The notes: generated from the letters alone by a model not told the origin. A stretch of 64,000 nucleotides of DNA from Nitrosopumilus sp. (GCA_965224195.1 OZ245040.1:1824001-1888000); one strand, 5' to 3'; positions 51,140 through 60,961 are shown, counted from the stretch's first letter. Program-made: numbers and translations.

Positions 51140-52171
51140 TTGAGTAAAAAAGCAGCTGTGATGAAAGGTGACGGTATTGGGCCTGAAGTAGTAGATTCAA
51201 TGTTAAGAGTCTTAAAGGAATGTGACTTTCAATCAGAGTTAATTCTTTGTGAAGTAGGCTCAGAGCAATGGGAGAAAAACGGTAGAAAAGATGCATCATA
51301 CATTCCGGATGCAACAATGAAAATTTTAGAAGAATCAGACTGTTGTTTCAAGGGTCCAACAACTACAATTCCGGTTCCAGGTGCACCTAGAAGTGTTGCA
51401 GTTACGTTAAGACAAAAATTTGATCTTTATGCAAACATTAGACCAACTAAAACTTATGACAGATTAACTCCAAATAGAAAACTTGATTGTGTGTGTTTCA
51501 GAGAAGCAACCGAAGGTCTCTACACAGGTGTCGAGGCAAAAATTACAGATGATGCTGCAATAGCAATTAGAAAAATCACAAGGCATGGAAGTAGAAGATT
51601 AGTTGATTCTGCAGTGGATTGGGCAAATAAATTCAATATGAAAAAAATGGTAGCAATTACAAAAAGAAATATCTTAAAACAAACTGATGGAATATTTTGG
51701 GATGAAGCACAAAAAGCAGTTGAAGGAACTGGAATTGTATTATCTGAAATTTACATAGATAACATGGCACAACAGATGGTAATTGCAACTGAGCAGTTTA
51801 ACGGATCAGTGTTAGTTGGTACTAATTTATTCATGGATATTATTTCAGAACTTGCATCAGCTCTTGTAGGTTCAATTGGATTAATTTACTCTACAAATAT
51901 TGGAGACAAATATGCTATGTTTGAAGCAGCACATGGAAGTGCTCCACAATTTGCAGGACAAAATAAAGTAAATCCAACTGCAACTGTTCTTTCAGGAGCT
52001 TGGATGGCTGATTATCTAGGTGAAAGAGAAATCAGAGATGCAATATTTGATGCAACTGACAAAGTAATCAACGAAGGAAAAGCAGTAACATGGGATATTG
52101 GAGGTAGTGCAACAACAACACAGATGACTGATGCAATCATCACATATGCAAAAGAAAATTTAAGAAAATAA
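51140..52171 (+). CDS. Isocitrate/isopropylmalate dehydrogenase family protein
   Basis: GDGIGPEV, LRQKFDLYANIRP, FEAAHGSAP. Confidence 0.93.
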   Translation: MSKKAAVMKGDGIGPEVVDSMLRVLKECDFQSELILCEVGSEQWEKNGRKDASYIPDATMKILEESDCCFKGPTTTIPVPGAPRSVAVTLRQKFDLYANIRPTKTYDRLTPNRKLDCVCFREATEGLYTGVEAKITDDAAIAIRKITRHGSRRLVDSAVDWANKFNMKKMVAITKRNILKQTDGIFWDEAQKAVEGTGIVLSEIYIDNMAQQMVIATEQFNGSVLVGTNLFMDIISELASALVGSIGLIYSTNIGDKYAMFEAAHGSAPQFAGQNKVNPTATVLSGAWMADYLGEREIRDAIFDATDKVINEGKAVTWDIGGSATTTQMTDAIITYAKENLRK

Positions 52172-52705
52172 TTAGATTCTTGTTTCTACCAAAATTAATT
52201 CTTCAAAAAATAGTTTCTTTTTTGCCATAATTCGTGTTTTCAAGCCTAATTTTTGAGCATAATCAATTAACTTTTGATAGTTTGACAATGATGATGTAAC
52301 AAAAATAAATTTACCATTTTCAGCCAGATTGCTTATTACAGAATCAAATATTTTTTTCGGGATTTTAAATCCTTCAGCGCCACCATCTGTTGCAATGTCA
52401 ATGATTTTTTCAGTTGCCAAGTAAGGTAAATTACATACAATGAAATCAAATTTTATTTTTAAGGCATCTGAACCATTACAACAAACTATATTTTTTGTTT
52501 TGTAAGTCTGATTTTTTAATACATCAAAATTGATATCAGTTCCAACTACAAAAGAAAAGTTTTCAGAAAGTAACTTTGTTAAATATCCAGAGCCGCTACC
52601 AACATCTAGAGCAAAACTTCCTGTTTCATTCTCAATATTATCAACTATGAAAAAAGTATCCTCAGAAGGAGAATATTCATCATTTTTCAAGGATTTGGTT
52701 TGCAA
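52172..52705 (-). CDS. HemK2/PrmC-like SAM methyltransferase
   Basis: YSPSEDT, DVGSGSG, NLPY. Confidence 0.88.
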   Translation of the reverse strand: MQTKSLKNDEYSPSEDTFFIVDNIENETGSFALDVGSGSGYLTKLLSENFSFVVGTDINFDVLKNQTYKTKNIVCCNGSDALKIKFDFIVCNLPYLATEKIIDIATDGGAEGFKIPKKIFDSVISNLAENGKFIFVTSSLSNYQKLIDYAQKLGLKTRIMAKKKLFFEELILVETRI

Positions 52706-53387
52706 GATTAATTATTTCCTCTCCAGATATATCATCTACTCGTTTTTCCATATCACTTTCTTTATTGAATTGTTTTAAAATATTCTTTACCGTTTTTCTT
52801 CGATATGAAAATATTTTATTAATTGTTTGAATGAGTTCTTTAGATAAATCATTTTTTTTAATTATTTTTAGAACCACTGAATCAATTTTTGGAGGTGGAG
52901 AAAAATTATTTTTTCCTACTTTTATTATGGCTGTTATTTCAAATGCAGATGTAGCAATAATGCTTATTGCTTTTCTTTGCTTGGATGATGTTGCAAGTAA
53001 TTTGTCAGCAAATTCTTTTTGAACCATAATTACTCCATGTGAAAAGGAAGTCTGTGCCAACCATTCAACGGCATCCTTACTCCTAGAATATGGCAAATTA
53101 GAAACAAAAATTGTGAAAAGATCTTTTTTCTTCAAGCCATCCCCAGATTTTAAGACTAAATTGTTCAAATGTGAAAATTTTGATTTTGCATTTCTAATTA
53201 GTTCGTCATCCAAATCAACTGAAATCACCTTATCAGCTTTTTGACATAAAAGAGAAGTCAAGATTCCTTGACCAGTTCCAATTTCAAATACAATATCATT
53301 TTTAGTAATTTGAGCCTCAGAAACTATGGATTTTGCTATAGAATTTGATGTTAGGAAATGCTGGCCAAGACGTTTTCGTTTTATCAT
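52680..53387 (-). CDS. ksgA: 16S rRNA dimethyladenosine transferase KsgA/Dim1
   Basis: LGQHFL, EIGTG, SNLPY, QKEFA, PPPKIDS. Confidence 0.94.
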   Translation of the reverse strand: MIKRKRLGQHFLTSNSIAKSIVSEAQITKNDIVFEIGTGQGILTSLLCQKADKVISVDLDDELIRNAKSKFSHLNNLVLKSGDGLKKKDLFTIFVSNLPYSRSKDAVEWLAQTSFSHGVIMVQKEFADKLLATSSKQRKAISIIATSAFEITAIIKVGKNNFSPPPKIDSVVLKIIKKNDLSKELIQTINKIFSYRRKTVKNILKQFNKESDMEKRVDDISGEEIINLANQILEK

Positions 53388-53950
53388 CTCTTTACAAAGA
53401 GATTCATTCTGCTTTCGCCTGTAATTTCATCCAGGATTCGCTCTGAAATGTGTCTAATCGGCTCTTTAAACCCAACACGGTCTTGTAAATCCTGATAGCT
53501 TTCAAATTTTTGTTTTTCTCTTTCTTCTAACATAGTTTTCATGTATGTTTTTCCAATTCCTGGAATTAGTTCTAATGCATGAATTCTTGGTGTTAGTGGT
53601 TGTGCATTATTTAGATATGCAACAAATTTTTGTTCATTTGCAGTTACAATGGTTTCAACTACTGAATCTAATTCACTTTGAGCAGATGATGAAATTTTAG
53701 CATATTCCATTTTTCCCAAAACAGATAGAACTTTGGTTCGCCCTTCTTTTCCAATATAGATTTTTTCTCCAATCTCAAATGTAGAGTTTGGAATTCCAAG
53801 AACTTCTAGAAGAGTTAATCTATCTTCTCCGATAGCTGTAATAATAATTCCATCTCTACCTCTTACAGTAGATGATTTACCTCTAGAATTGAAATCTAAT
53901 ACATATGCATACTCCTCATACTTTCTAGCTGGGGGTTGTACCCGATACAA
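53384..53950 (-). CDS. DUF655 family RNA-binding protein
   Basis: EEYAYVLD, RIHALELIPGIGK HhH; conserved L21e-rpoF-DUF655-ksgA operon. Confidence 0.9.
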   Translation of the reverse strand: MYRVQPPARKYEEYAYVLDFNSRGKSSTVRGRDGIIITAIGEDRLTLLEVLGIPNSTFEIGEKIYIGKEGRTKVLSVLGKMEYAKISSSAQSELDSVVETIVTANEQKFVAYLNNAQPLTPRIHALELIPGIGKTYMKTMLEEREKQKFESYQDLQDRVGFKEPIRHISERILDEITGESRMNLFVKR

Positions 53951-53970
53951 AATAGAATACTCCTAAGAAC

Positions 53971-54306
53971 TTACGAATGCTCCTTGATTATTTTAAGCAT
54001 TTTTTCTAGGGTTTCAGCAAGAATTAATTTTTTCCAACCAAATGTAAAAGAACGTAGTTCTGCTAAACTTGTAGGGCTAATGTTAACTATTTCAACAGAT
54101 TCATCTTCAGTTAATTCACAATATTTGATAAGTTGTTTTTTCATATCTTTTGCATCTTTTGATTCAGTTGATACAAATTTTGAAACATAATCATATGTCC
54201 AACGTTGAATTTGATCCATTTCTTCAACATCAACTTTACCTAAAATTTCTTTAACTTCTGCAAGAGAAATAGCTTGTTTCTTTTTTACTTCTTCCATATC
54301 ATACAC
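53971..54306 (-). CDS. rpo4: RNA polymerase subunit F (Rpo4)
   Basis: ISLAEVKEIL, IVNISP...ELR; operon position. Confidence 0.88.
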   Translation of the reverse strand: MYDMEEVKKKQAISLAEVKEILGKVDVEEMDQIQRWTYDYVSKFVSTESKDAKDMKKQLIKYCELTEDESVEIVNISPTSLAELRSFTFGWKKLILAETLEKMLKIIKEHS

Positions 54307-54598
54307 CGAATGGTTTAATGTGATCTAACCTAGTGATTAAGACTTTTGTTTTATCACCTAATTTTACATCAAGTGTGATAGCTCGTCTACCAACATTTGT
54401 AACTACACCTACTTTTCCGTGGTATCGTCTGTGTGGTAATCCTTTGTGCTGTCTTGGATCAATAATGACAAGTGCTTGTTGACCTTCTTTGTATTCACGT
54501 AACAAAAACGAGACTCCTCTAGGGGCTTTTTTTGTCATAATAGCTCTGGATTTGTGCTTAAATCCATGTGAACGACCAGATGATTTCTTAGTTGCCAT
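54299..54598 (-). CDS. rpl21e: 50S ribosomal protein L21e
   Basis: KGLPHRRYHGKVG. Confidence 0.96.
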   Translation of the reverse strand: MATKKSSGRSHGFKHKSRAIMTKKAPRGVSFLLREYKEGQQALVIIDPRQHKGLPHRRYHGKVGVVTNVGRRAITLDVKLGDKTKVLITRLDHIKPFGV

Positions 54599-54653
54599 GA
54601 GTGTAAAACCTTCGAAAGCCCTATTTTAAGACTTAGTACATACTCGGTACAGT

Positions 54654-55709
54654 TTAGCCAATAAGATCGGTTCTGAGTTGGCCACATGCAGCTGAAATCT
54701 CAGTACCTTTTTCAATTCGAACAGTACAATTTACTCCTGCTCTGGATAAAATTTGTTCAAATTCTTTGACATTTTTTTCTGATGGACGCTTGAAATCACC
54801 AGCAGTTGGATTAATTGGAATTAAATTTACATGAGAACCATTTCCCTCTAAAAGATTAGCTAATTCTGTTGCAGTTTCAGATGAATCATTGATCCCTTCC
54901 ATAAGTGCATATTCAAAAGTCACACGACGTCCAGTTTTTTTAAAGTAATTTCTCCCGATTTCAATAATTTCCTCTACTGAATTAGGAGTTGCCGTAGGAA
55001 CCAATTTTTTTCTTAATTCATTATTTGGAGCATGTAAAGAAATTGCCAAACCTATCTGCAGATTTTCTTCGGCTAGTTTTTCAATTCCTGATTTAATTCC
55101 AATTGTAGAAATGGTAATGTGTCTCTGACCCAAACCAAATCCTCTATCATGTGTTAAAATTTTTACTGCTCGAATCATTTCATCATAATTTGCCATAGGC
55201 TCTCCCATACCCATAAAAACTAAATTCGTCACATGTTCTCCTCTTTGTTGTAATATTTCTGCAAAATGAATTACTTGGGATACAATATGTTCTGCATTTA
55301 GATTTGTTTCAAATCCCATTTGGCCTGTTGCACAAAATACACATCCCATTGCACAACCAATTTGAGTAGAAACACAAATGGTGGAACGTGGATGACCACC
55401 AATTTTAGTTGGATCATATTGCATCAAAACAGTTTCTACAGAATTATCATTTGTTAGATTTAACAATAATTTTGTCGTATCTCCATCATCACTTACAATA
55501 CGATGAGTTTCTTTTGCAGATCCAATTGTATAACCTGCTGTAGTCAAGTTCTCTCTTAGTTTTTTTGGAAGTTGCGGAATGTCATTAAGATCCTTTGGAA
55601 ATTTGTAATAAAGTGGAAGTAAAATTTGATCTGCTCGATATCTAGGATACCCCATATCTATCACTAGCTGTTCCATCTCTTCTGGAAATAATCGATAAAG
55701 ATCTGTCAT
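54654..55709 (-). CDS. rlmN: RlmN-family radical SAM RNA methyltransferase
   Basis: CxSTQxGCxxxCxFC, MGMGEP, SLHA, AACGQL. Confidence 0.92.
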   Translation of the reverse strand: MTDLYRLFPEEMEQLVIDMGYPRYRADQILLPLYYKFPKDLNDIPQLPKKLRENLTTAGYTIGSAKETHRIVSDDGDTTKLLLNLTNDNSVETVLMQYDPTKIGGHPRSTICVSTQIGCAMGCVFCATGQMGFETNLNAEHIVSQVIHFAEILQQRGEHVTNLVFMGMGEPMANYDEMIRAVKILTHDRGFGLGQRHITISTIGIKSGIEKLAEENLQIGLAISLHAPNNELRKKLVPTATPNSVEEIIEIGRNYFKKTGRRVTFEYALMEGINDSSETATELANLLEGNGSHVNLIPINPTAGDFKRPSEKNVKEFEQILSRAGVNCTVRIEKGTEISAACGQLRTDLIG

Positions 55710-55799
55710 GATGTATTAACAGATTCAGGTAGGATATTTCATAATTTAATGATTCTACTTGTGTAAAATCAAAAATAATGAAAAGATGGAAAAGAGAGA

Positions 55800-56990
55800 T
55801 TACTCTTCTACCGGATCGAAATCATCAGATTCGATTTCTACTGTAGCCTCTACCTCAGGTGTTTCTACTGTAGCCTCTACCTCAGGTGTTTCTACTGTAG
55901 CCTCTACCTCAGGTGTTTCTACTGTAGCCTCTACCTCAGGTGTTTCTACTGTAGCCTCTACCTCAGACTTTTTTGCCTTTTTTGTAGTTGCTTTCTTGAC
56001 AGTTGTCTTTCTAGTCTTTTTCTCAGCTTCTTCAGGATCTACTACACCTGCTTCTGCTAAAGCAAAGATTACTTCTTCTTCAGGATGATGAGGACTATCC
56101 ACCATTCTGGCAATTCGTTTCTTGCCTGATTTCTTAAAGTAGATTCTGTAGGTACTAGTATGTGCAACTACATTTCCACCGATGGGTCTAGTAGGATCTC
56201 CAAAGAAGACATCAGGAGATGCCATAACTTGGTTGGTTGCAATTGCAGCACAGTTGTATGTTTCTGCAATTCTAGACAACAAATGGACAAAGTGATTTAG
56301 TTTTTGTTGTCTTACAGATAATGTTCCTCTTCCAAGATATTCAGCTCGGAATAGACCAACTGCAGAATCTGCAACAATTAGTTTAACATTGTTTTCTTCA
56401 ATTACCGGACCAGCTTCTTCTAAAATTAATATTTGATGTGAGCTATTGTATGCACGAGCTACTATGATATTGTCTAAAACTTTTTCAGGATCCATATCAT
56501 GTGCTTTAGCAATAGATATAATTCTCTCAGGTCTGAAAGTGTTTTCAGTGTCAATGTATAAGACAGAACCTTCAAGTCCACCTTCTTCTTTGCTTTTTTG
56601 AACCATCACAGACATAGTATGTGCAAATTGTGTTTTACCACAACCAAACTCTCCATAAACTTCAGTTAAAGCTTGAGTTTCAATACCACCATCAAAGAGA
56701 GTATCAAGACAATTAGTACCAGTTGTAATTCTACCAATACTTTGTCTATTTTTGTAAATTTCAGTTGCACTTGTAAAATGATTAGCAAGTAATCCACCAT
56801 CAACTAAATGTTGTCGGGCTTTATTGACAATTTTTTCAGCAGTATCCTTTTCCATTCCAGTAATAGATGCAATTTCAACAGGACCTCTGACGATGAGGTC
56901 CATGACGTTGTGGACACCTGCATCGGATAATTTTCTTGTAGTTACAGGACCTACGCCCTCTAAACTATCTAATCTTAAATCTTCCACCAT
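55800..56990 (-). CDS. radA: DNA repair recombinase RadA with repetitive C-terminal tail
   Basis: GEFGCGKTQ, YIDTENTFRPER, RAEYLGRG, DSPH. Confidence 0.97.
   Translation of the reverse strand: MVEDLRLDSLEGVGPVTTRKLSDAGVHNVMDLIVRGPVEIASITGMEKDTAEKIVNKARQHLVDGGLLANHFTSATEIYKNRQSIGRITTGTNCLDTLFDGGIETQALTEVYGEFGCGKTQFAHTMSVMVQKSKEEGGLEGSVLYIDTENTFRPERIISIAKAHDMDPEKVLDNIIVARAYNSSHQILILEEAGPVIEENNVKLIVADSAVGLFRAEYLGRGTLSVRQQKLNHFVHLLSRIAETYNCAAIATNQVMASPDVFFGDPTRPIGGNVVAHTSTYRIYFKKSGKKRIARMVDSPHHPEEEVIFALAEAGVVDPEEAEKKTRKTTVKKATTKKAKKSEVEATVETPEVEATVETPEVEATVETPEVEATVETPEVEATVEIESDDFDPVEE
55835..55966. repeat. Perfect 27-bp tandem repeat, ~4.9 copies (EVEATVETP)
   Basis: TTTCTACTGTAGCCTCTACCTCAGGTG units from 55835. 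Confidence 0.95.
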
Positions 56991-57030
56991 ACCGTATAGT
57001 ACGGTACCAGTACTTTATAAGGTTATTGTT
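56990..57030 (-). promoter_or_regulatory. radA promoter: TATA box and 7-3-7 palindrome over the start site
   Basis: TACCGTA-TAG-TACGGTA at 56990-57006; minus-strand CTTATAAAG ~25 nt upstream of ATG. Confidence 0.55.
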
Positions 57031-57034
57031 TAAG

Positions 57035-57047
57035 GGTTCTGTAAAGT
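57035..57047 (+). mobile_element. IS6-like terminal repeat marking the left edge of the accessory island
   Basis: GGTTCTGTAAAGT vs GGTTCTGTCAACT at 62606 (11/13); lies at the core/accessory boundary. Confidence 0.5.
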
Positions 57048-57094
57048 CTAGGGTTGCTCTGAAATTGTAAAAATCGGTTGTTTTTGTCAAGAAA

Positions 57095-58090
57095 CTAATT
57101 TTTTCTTAGGTATTTGTCATAATGTCTACCAGCACCTAATCGTCTACATTCTCTACATTTTGCATGTCCATCTGTTGAATCAATTGCAAGATTTTCTGGA
57201 ATCATCTTATGATTCTTTTCACAGTATTTCCGAATTGGTAATTTAGGTCTTGGATGATATGGAATATCTATTGCCCATGTTCCATCATATTGTGGGATTT
57301 GATATGATGAATTTTTAAGAGATTGTAATACACGTTTATGTTCAGACATTGCTTTTCTCCTAATGTCTTCACAGATTTTGCAACGTCTTTGGGTACTACA
57401 TTTTATAAGATTATCTTCTGTGTACAGATGACCACCTACTTTACAACCTTTTATTGATTCTGTTTTTTGTTTTCTTGCTATTGAAATATTTTTAGAATGA
57501 GTTACTAATTTTAGATGGTCAGGATTACAACATAATTTATTATTACATGTATGGTGTACTATCTTATCATCCGGAATTCTTTCTACAAACAACTCGAACA
57601 TTATTCTATGAGGCGATTGGGTTATTCCATCTCGTACCATTCTTGAATATCCATTCCCATGAGTTGCACCCATCCACATCCAACATTCATCTTTACCACA
57701 AATTGCAATTTTTTTAAGAATATTAAGAACAGCATTATCCATTGGTTTTTGTGTATAGATTATTTGTCGAGTTGATTCCTGCTCATCATATTCTTTATTC
57801 TTTTCTTCATTGTTTCCTTGCAATCTACCATTTTGTCGTATTGTTGTTGGTTCAAGATGATCAGGATTCACACATGCTTTATTATGGCATGTATGGTGCA
57901 GAAGAGGTGGCACATTTCCTTTGATTATTATGTAGACTACTCTATGAGCTAAACTCTCTTTTCCAAGTTTACAGTTACCATATCCTTTTTTCGTTAAAGC
58001 ACCTTTCCAATACCAACATGTAGATGTTTTCTCTATCTTTTCAAAAATTTTTTTATGTTTTAGGTTGTTAATGTTGTATTGATGCATCAT
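57095..58090 (-). CDS. Tandem double-HNH endonuclease with two C-terminal Zn-binding modules
   Basis: Two CWxWxG...AHR/PHR...HHTCxNxxCxNPDHL units; C..GH...CxxC twice. Confidence 0.88.
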   Translation of the reverse strand: MMHQYNINNLKHKKIFEKIEKTSTCWYWKGALTKKGYGNCKLGKESLAHRVVYIIIKGNVPPLLHHTCHNKACVNPDHLEPTTIRQNGRLQGNNEEKNKEYDEQESTRQIIYTQKPMDNAVLNILKKIAICGKDECWMWMGATHGNGYSRMVRDGITQSPHRIMFELFVERIPDDKIVHHTCNNKLCCNPDHLKLVTHSKNISIARKQKTESIKGCKVGGHLYTEDNLIKCSTQRRCKICEDIRRKAMSEHKRVLQSLKNSSYQIPQYDGTWAIDIPYHPRPKLPIRKYCEKNHKMIPENLAIDSTDGHAKCRECRRLGAGRHYDKYLRKN

Positions 58091-58126
58091 ATTCTTTCTT
58101 GAAAATCTGTAGAACAGAATCTAAAA

Positions 58127-58540
58127 TTAACTAAAAATTATTGCAATTGTGCCTATAATCATTCCAGCAATAATAGAAATCTTTGTCCATCTGATTGTTT
58201 CATTATGTCTTTGTTCAGACCTAATATCCAAGTAAATTGAGTTTGTGTATGGAACAAACTTTGGTTTTTGTGTAGGTTTTTTTTGATATTTTTCTTCATT
58301 TGTAACTACCTCTAAATGATTAGGATTAACACATGAATGATTTTTACATGAATGATGCAATGATGAGCCATTTCTAATTTTGCCCTTTATTAATTCATAG
58401 ATAAATCGATGGGCGAGGTGGTTCTTATCTAAAAAATTTAATTTACCATAACCTGTCTTTGTTTTGACTCCTTTCCAATACCAACATGTGTAGGTGATAT
58501 CTACCCATTTCATAATTCTTGTAGGAATGATCAATATCAA
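58127..58540 (-). CDS. HNH endonuclease with hydrophobic C-terminal tail
   Basis: CWYWKG, AHR, HHSCKNHSCVNPNHL; tail ISIIAGMIIGTIAIIFS. Confidence 0.8.
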   Translation of the reverse strand: MILIIPTRIMKWVDITYTCWYWKGVKTKTGYGKLNFLDKNHLAHRFIYELIKGKIRNGSSLHHSCKNHSCVNPNHLEVVTNEEKYQKKPTQKPKFVPYTNSIYLDIRSEQRHNETIRWTKISIIAGMIIGTIAIIFS

Positions 58541-58626
58541 TCAATATTCTCAAATGTATTTATTTTTTATAATCAAGGCTAGACAATTCAAAATAAACTA
58601 CCATACAAAGTACTCATGTCATAGAT

Positions 58627-59178
58627 TTATTTTGTTTTCATTATTTTTTTATTCTTTTTTAAACACCGTTTACACAAAGGAACCCCTTGTTTTTCTTTAA
58701 TATGAATAGGAAACATCAAAGGTAGTTTAAAAATTTCATCATAATAGTCCAAGGCAAGATGAAAGTCTTTTGAATCAATAACAAAAGCATTTTCCATCTT
58801 GTGGATAATTTTTTCATTTATTTCTTTTCTTAATTTTGTCAAATTTGTATCAATGACACCATTCCTAATACAATCAGAACATATCTGAATTCCTCCCTTC
58901 CAGTGTTCATTCAAATTTTTGGCTAACATTCTAAAAACAGACGTATCTACAATGCGTATTGATAATGTAATAACGAATACACATTTTAATCGTGAATTCC
59001 ATGCACTGTTTTTGTGGTATTCCTCAACTGCTTCGCTTGCCATTGCCATTGGAATTATGATAAATTTGTGAGGCATTATCATTTTGCCATCTTTAACATG
59101 ACCGCCAGCTTTTCTTATCCAATCATTTGGAGATGTAATTAGATAATCATCTGATTTTACATTGTGTTTTTGAGTCAT
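58627..59178 (-). CDS. Hypothetical protein with two CxxC motifs
   Basis: CSDC and CKRC. Confidence 0.6.
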   Translation of the reverse strand: MTQKHNVKSDDYLITSPNDWIRKAGGHVKDGKMIMPHKFIIIPMAMASEAVEEYHKNSAWNSRLKCVFVITLSIRIVDTSVFRMLAKNLNEHWKGGIQICSDCIRNGVIDTNLTKLRKEINEKIIHKMENAFVIDSKDFHLALDYYDEIFKLPLMFPIHIKEKQGVPLCKRCLKKNKKIMKTK

Positions 59179-59204
59179 GATGATGATGAAGAAAAGTCCG
59201 TAAT

Positions 59205-59804
59205 CTAATTGGCATCATGAAGTAATTTCCAATCTAATTTCTCAGCATTAGTTGGAGATACACAAGCCAGTTTTCCATTTGTTCTTTCAACTAGAACGTG
59301 TTTGTTATCACTACACTCTATTTCCTGAGCAGTCATTTTATTTTCTATTTGTTGTTTTAATGAAAAATCTCCACATGATTGATCTAGTATTGATATAGTC
59401 TGCCAGTTACCCCCTATAACAGAACCACCAATGATTTCTACATAATCAGAATCATTCACAGGTATTTCTAAATGATAAAAACAGTTGGATTCAGCTTCTT
59501 TAATTTCACTCCAAGATTCATCTGTTTGTATTGCTTGCAAACTAAGTCCAAAGTCCAAATTTGTTAATCTAGGCATTTCTTTTGGAATTGATATTTTGAC
59601 TGTACCATTAATAGATTCATCTAGTGTAATACTTCCCAAATCTAGCTCTTTTGAATCCCAATTAAGAGAAATGTCAGTAATGTGGTCACTGAATGTTGTA
59701 ATAGTGTAACCGTCAATAATGAAGGTATTTTTGGTTTCTGCATTAACATCAATTATGAAAAATCCAGATATTACAAACAAGGAAAGAAAAAATATCTTTA
59801 ACAT
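59205..59804 (-). CDS. Exported hypothetical protein with thaumarchaeal C-terminal Cys domain
   Basis: Signal peptide; LKQQ...C...GKLACV...KL.W tail. Confidence 0.7.
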   Translation of the reverse strand: MLKIFFLSLFVISGFFIIDVNAETKNTFIIDGYTITTFSDHITDISLNWDSKELDLGSITLDESINGTVKISIPKEMPRLTNLDFGLSLQAIQTDESWSEIKEAESNCFYHLEIPVNDSDYVEIIGGSVIGGNWQTISILDQSCGDFSLKQQIENKMTAQEIECSDNKHVLVERTNGKLACVSPTNAEKLDWKLLHDAN

Positions 59805-59860
59805 TATTAAATCTCGATTTAATTTTATTTAATATTTATTAAGAAAAAAAAGAAAAAAGG

Positions 59861-60961
59861 TTATGGGAAATCCCATGTGAGACCTGTGAAATTGTCTGTT
59901 ATCTTATCGTGTTTTACATAATAGGAGTAAGATCCAGTTTGAGCGACCATTATTCCCAATAGTTCTGAACCATCATCACTAAAGACTCCAGCACCACTAT
60001 CACCACCTTGTACACTCACATCAGTTCTTACTACGCCGATCAAGTATTTACTATCAGATGGAATATAGAGATGTACATAGTGATTAGTTACCTCTCCATT
60101 TTCAATACCTGATTGTGATAATGAGCTCTTTACTGATTTACCCGTAAATGTAGAACCAGTTGATGAAGCATCAGCCATTCCATATGTTTCTCCGTCTGGA
60201 ATATCACCAGAAAGAGAATCTACGAATGCACAGTCACAATAGACGTATGTACCTGGGCTATAAAGCTCTTCTACTAAATCACCTATACGAGAACCATTTT
60301 GAGGATGTTCGGCATCTGTACCTACAGCTAATGCTGCAAAGCAATGTCCAGCAGTAATGAATCCTGCATCGCCATCATATGTTGCAGCAAATCCAACGGA
60401 ACATGGAAAAGTTTTTCCAGGCATCCCGATTTCTACACCACTTTCTACATCATCACAGTTAGTTCTACTGCTACAAGAAGTAAATGATGCTTCCTCCATT
60501 GGAGATATAGTTACATCAATACTATTTCCAACAATAGAACGAATGATTTTTTGATATTTTTTAATATCTTTCTCGTTAAATTCAGTTGGATTGATTGTTA
60601 CTTCTAGAGCGTTGTCATCATAATCATAACCAAGACTAGTCCAAGGAAAATAGTTTTTTGCATCCTTATCTGTGCCTTGATAGTTTTCCATCAATACATC
60701 TAAAAGTATATCTTGTTGAACTGTTACCTCACGTTCTGCATCCGGATCATATTTTTCTTTAAGATCGGATTTAGAGGCGTTAGCTTTTTCGGATGTTTTC
60801 TCAAAACTAGCTTTCTGTTTCACGATATCTTTACCTATTTTGTCAGCTGTCTCTGCTTCTGCAAAATTCATACTACTAAATGGAAGAATCATTGCAGCTA
60901 TCAGAGAAGCAAACAAAATTGTTTTTAGATTTTTGTTATACATGTTATTAGCCAATATCAT
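59861..60961 (-). CDS. Secreted S1 (alpha-lytic/chymotrypsin-like) serine protease with prodomain
   Basis: Signal peptide, CSVGF, TAGHC, D, GDSG. Confidence 0.88.
   Translation of the reverse strand: MILANNMYNKNLKTILFASLIAAMILPFSSMNFAEAETADKIGKDIVKQKASFEKTSEKANASKSDLKEKYDPDAEREVTVQQDILLDVLMENYQGTDKDAKNYFPWTSLGYDYDDNALEVTINPTEFNEKDIKKYQKIIRSIVGNSIDVTISPMEEASFTSCSSRTNCDDVESGVEIGMPGKTFPCSVGFAATYDGDAGFITAGHCFAALAVGTDAEHPQNGSRIGDLVEELYSPGTYVYCDCAFVDSLSGDIPDGETYGMADASSTGSTFTGKSVKSSLSQSGIENGEVTNHYVHLYIPSDSKYLIGVVRTDVSVQGGDSGAGVFSDDGSELLGIMVAQTGSYSYYVKHDKITDNFTGLTWDFP

Noticed and set aside
55835-55966. 27-bp repeats as a CRISPR array
   Set aside because: Head-to-tail with no spacers and in frame within radA
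55759-56088. Plus-strand ORF with STVASTSGV repeats
   Set aside because: Antisense shadow of the radA tail
58108-58122. ACAGAATC as an IS6 right end enclosing the double-HNH gene
   Set aside because: Only 7/8 match, lacks the terminal CC; expected by chance in AT-rich DNA
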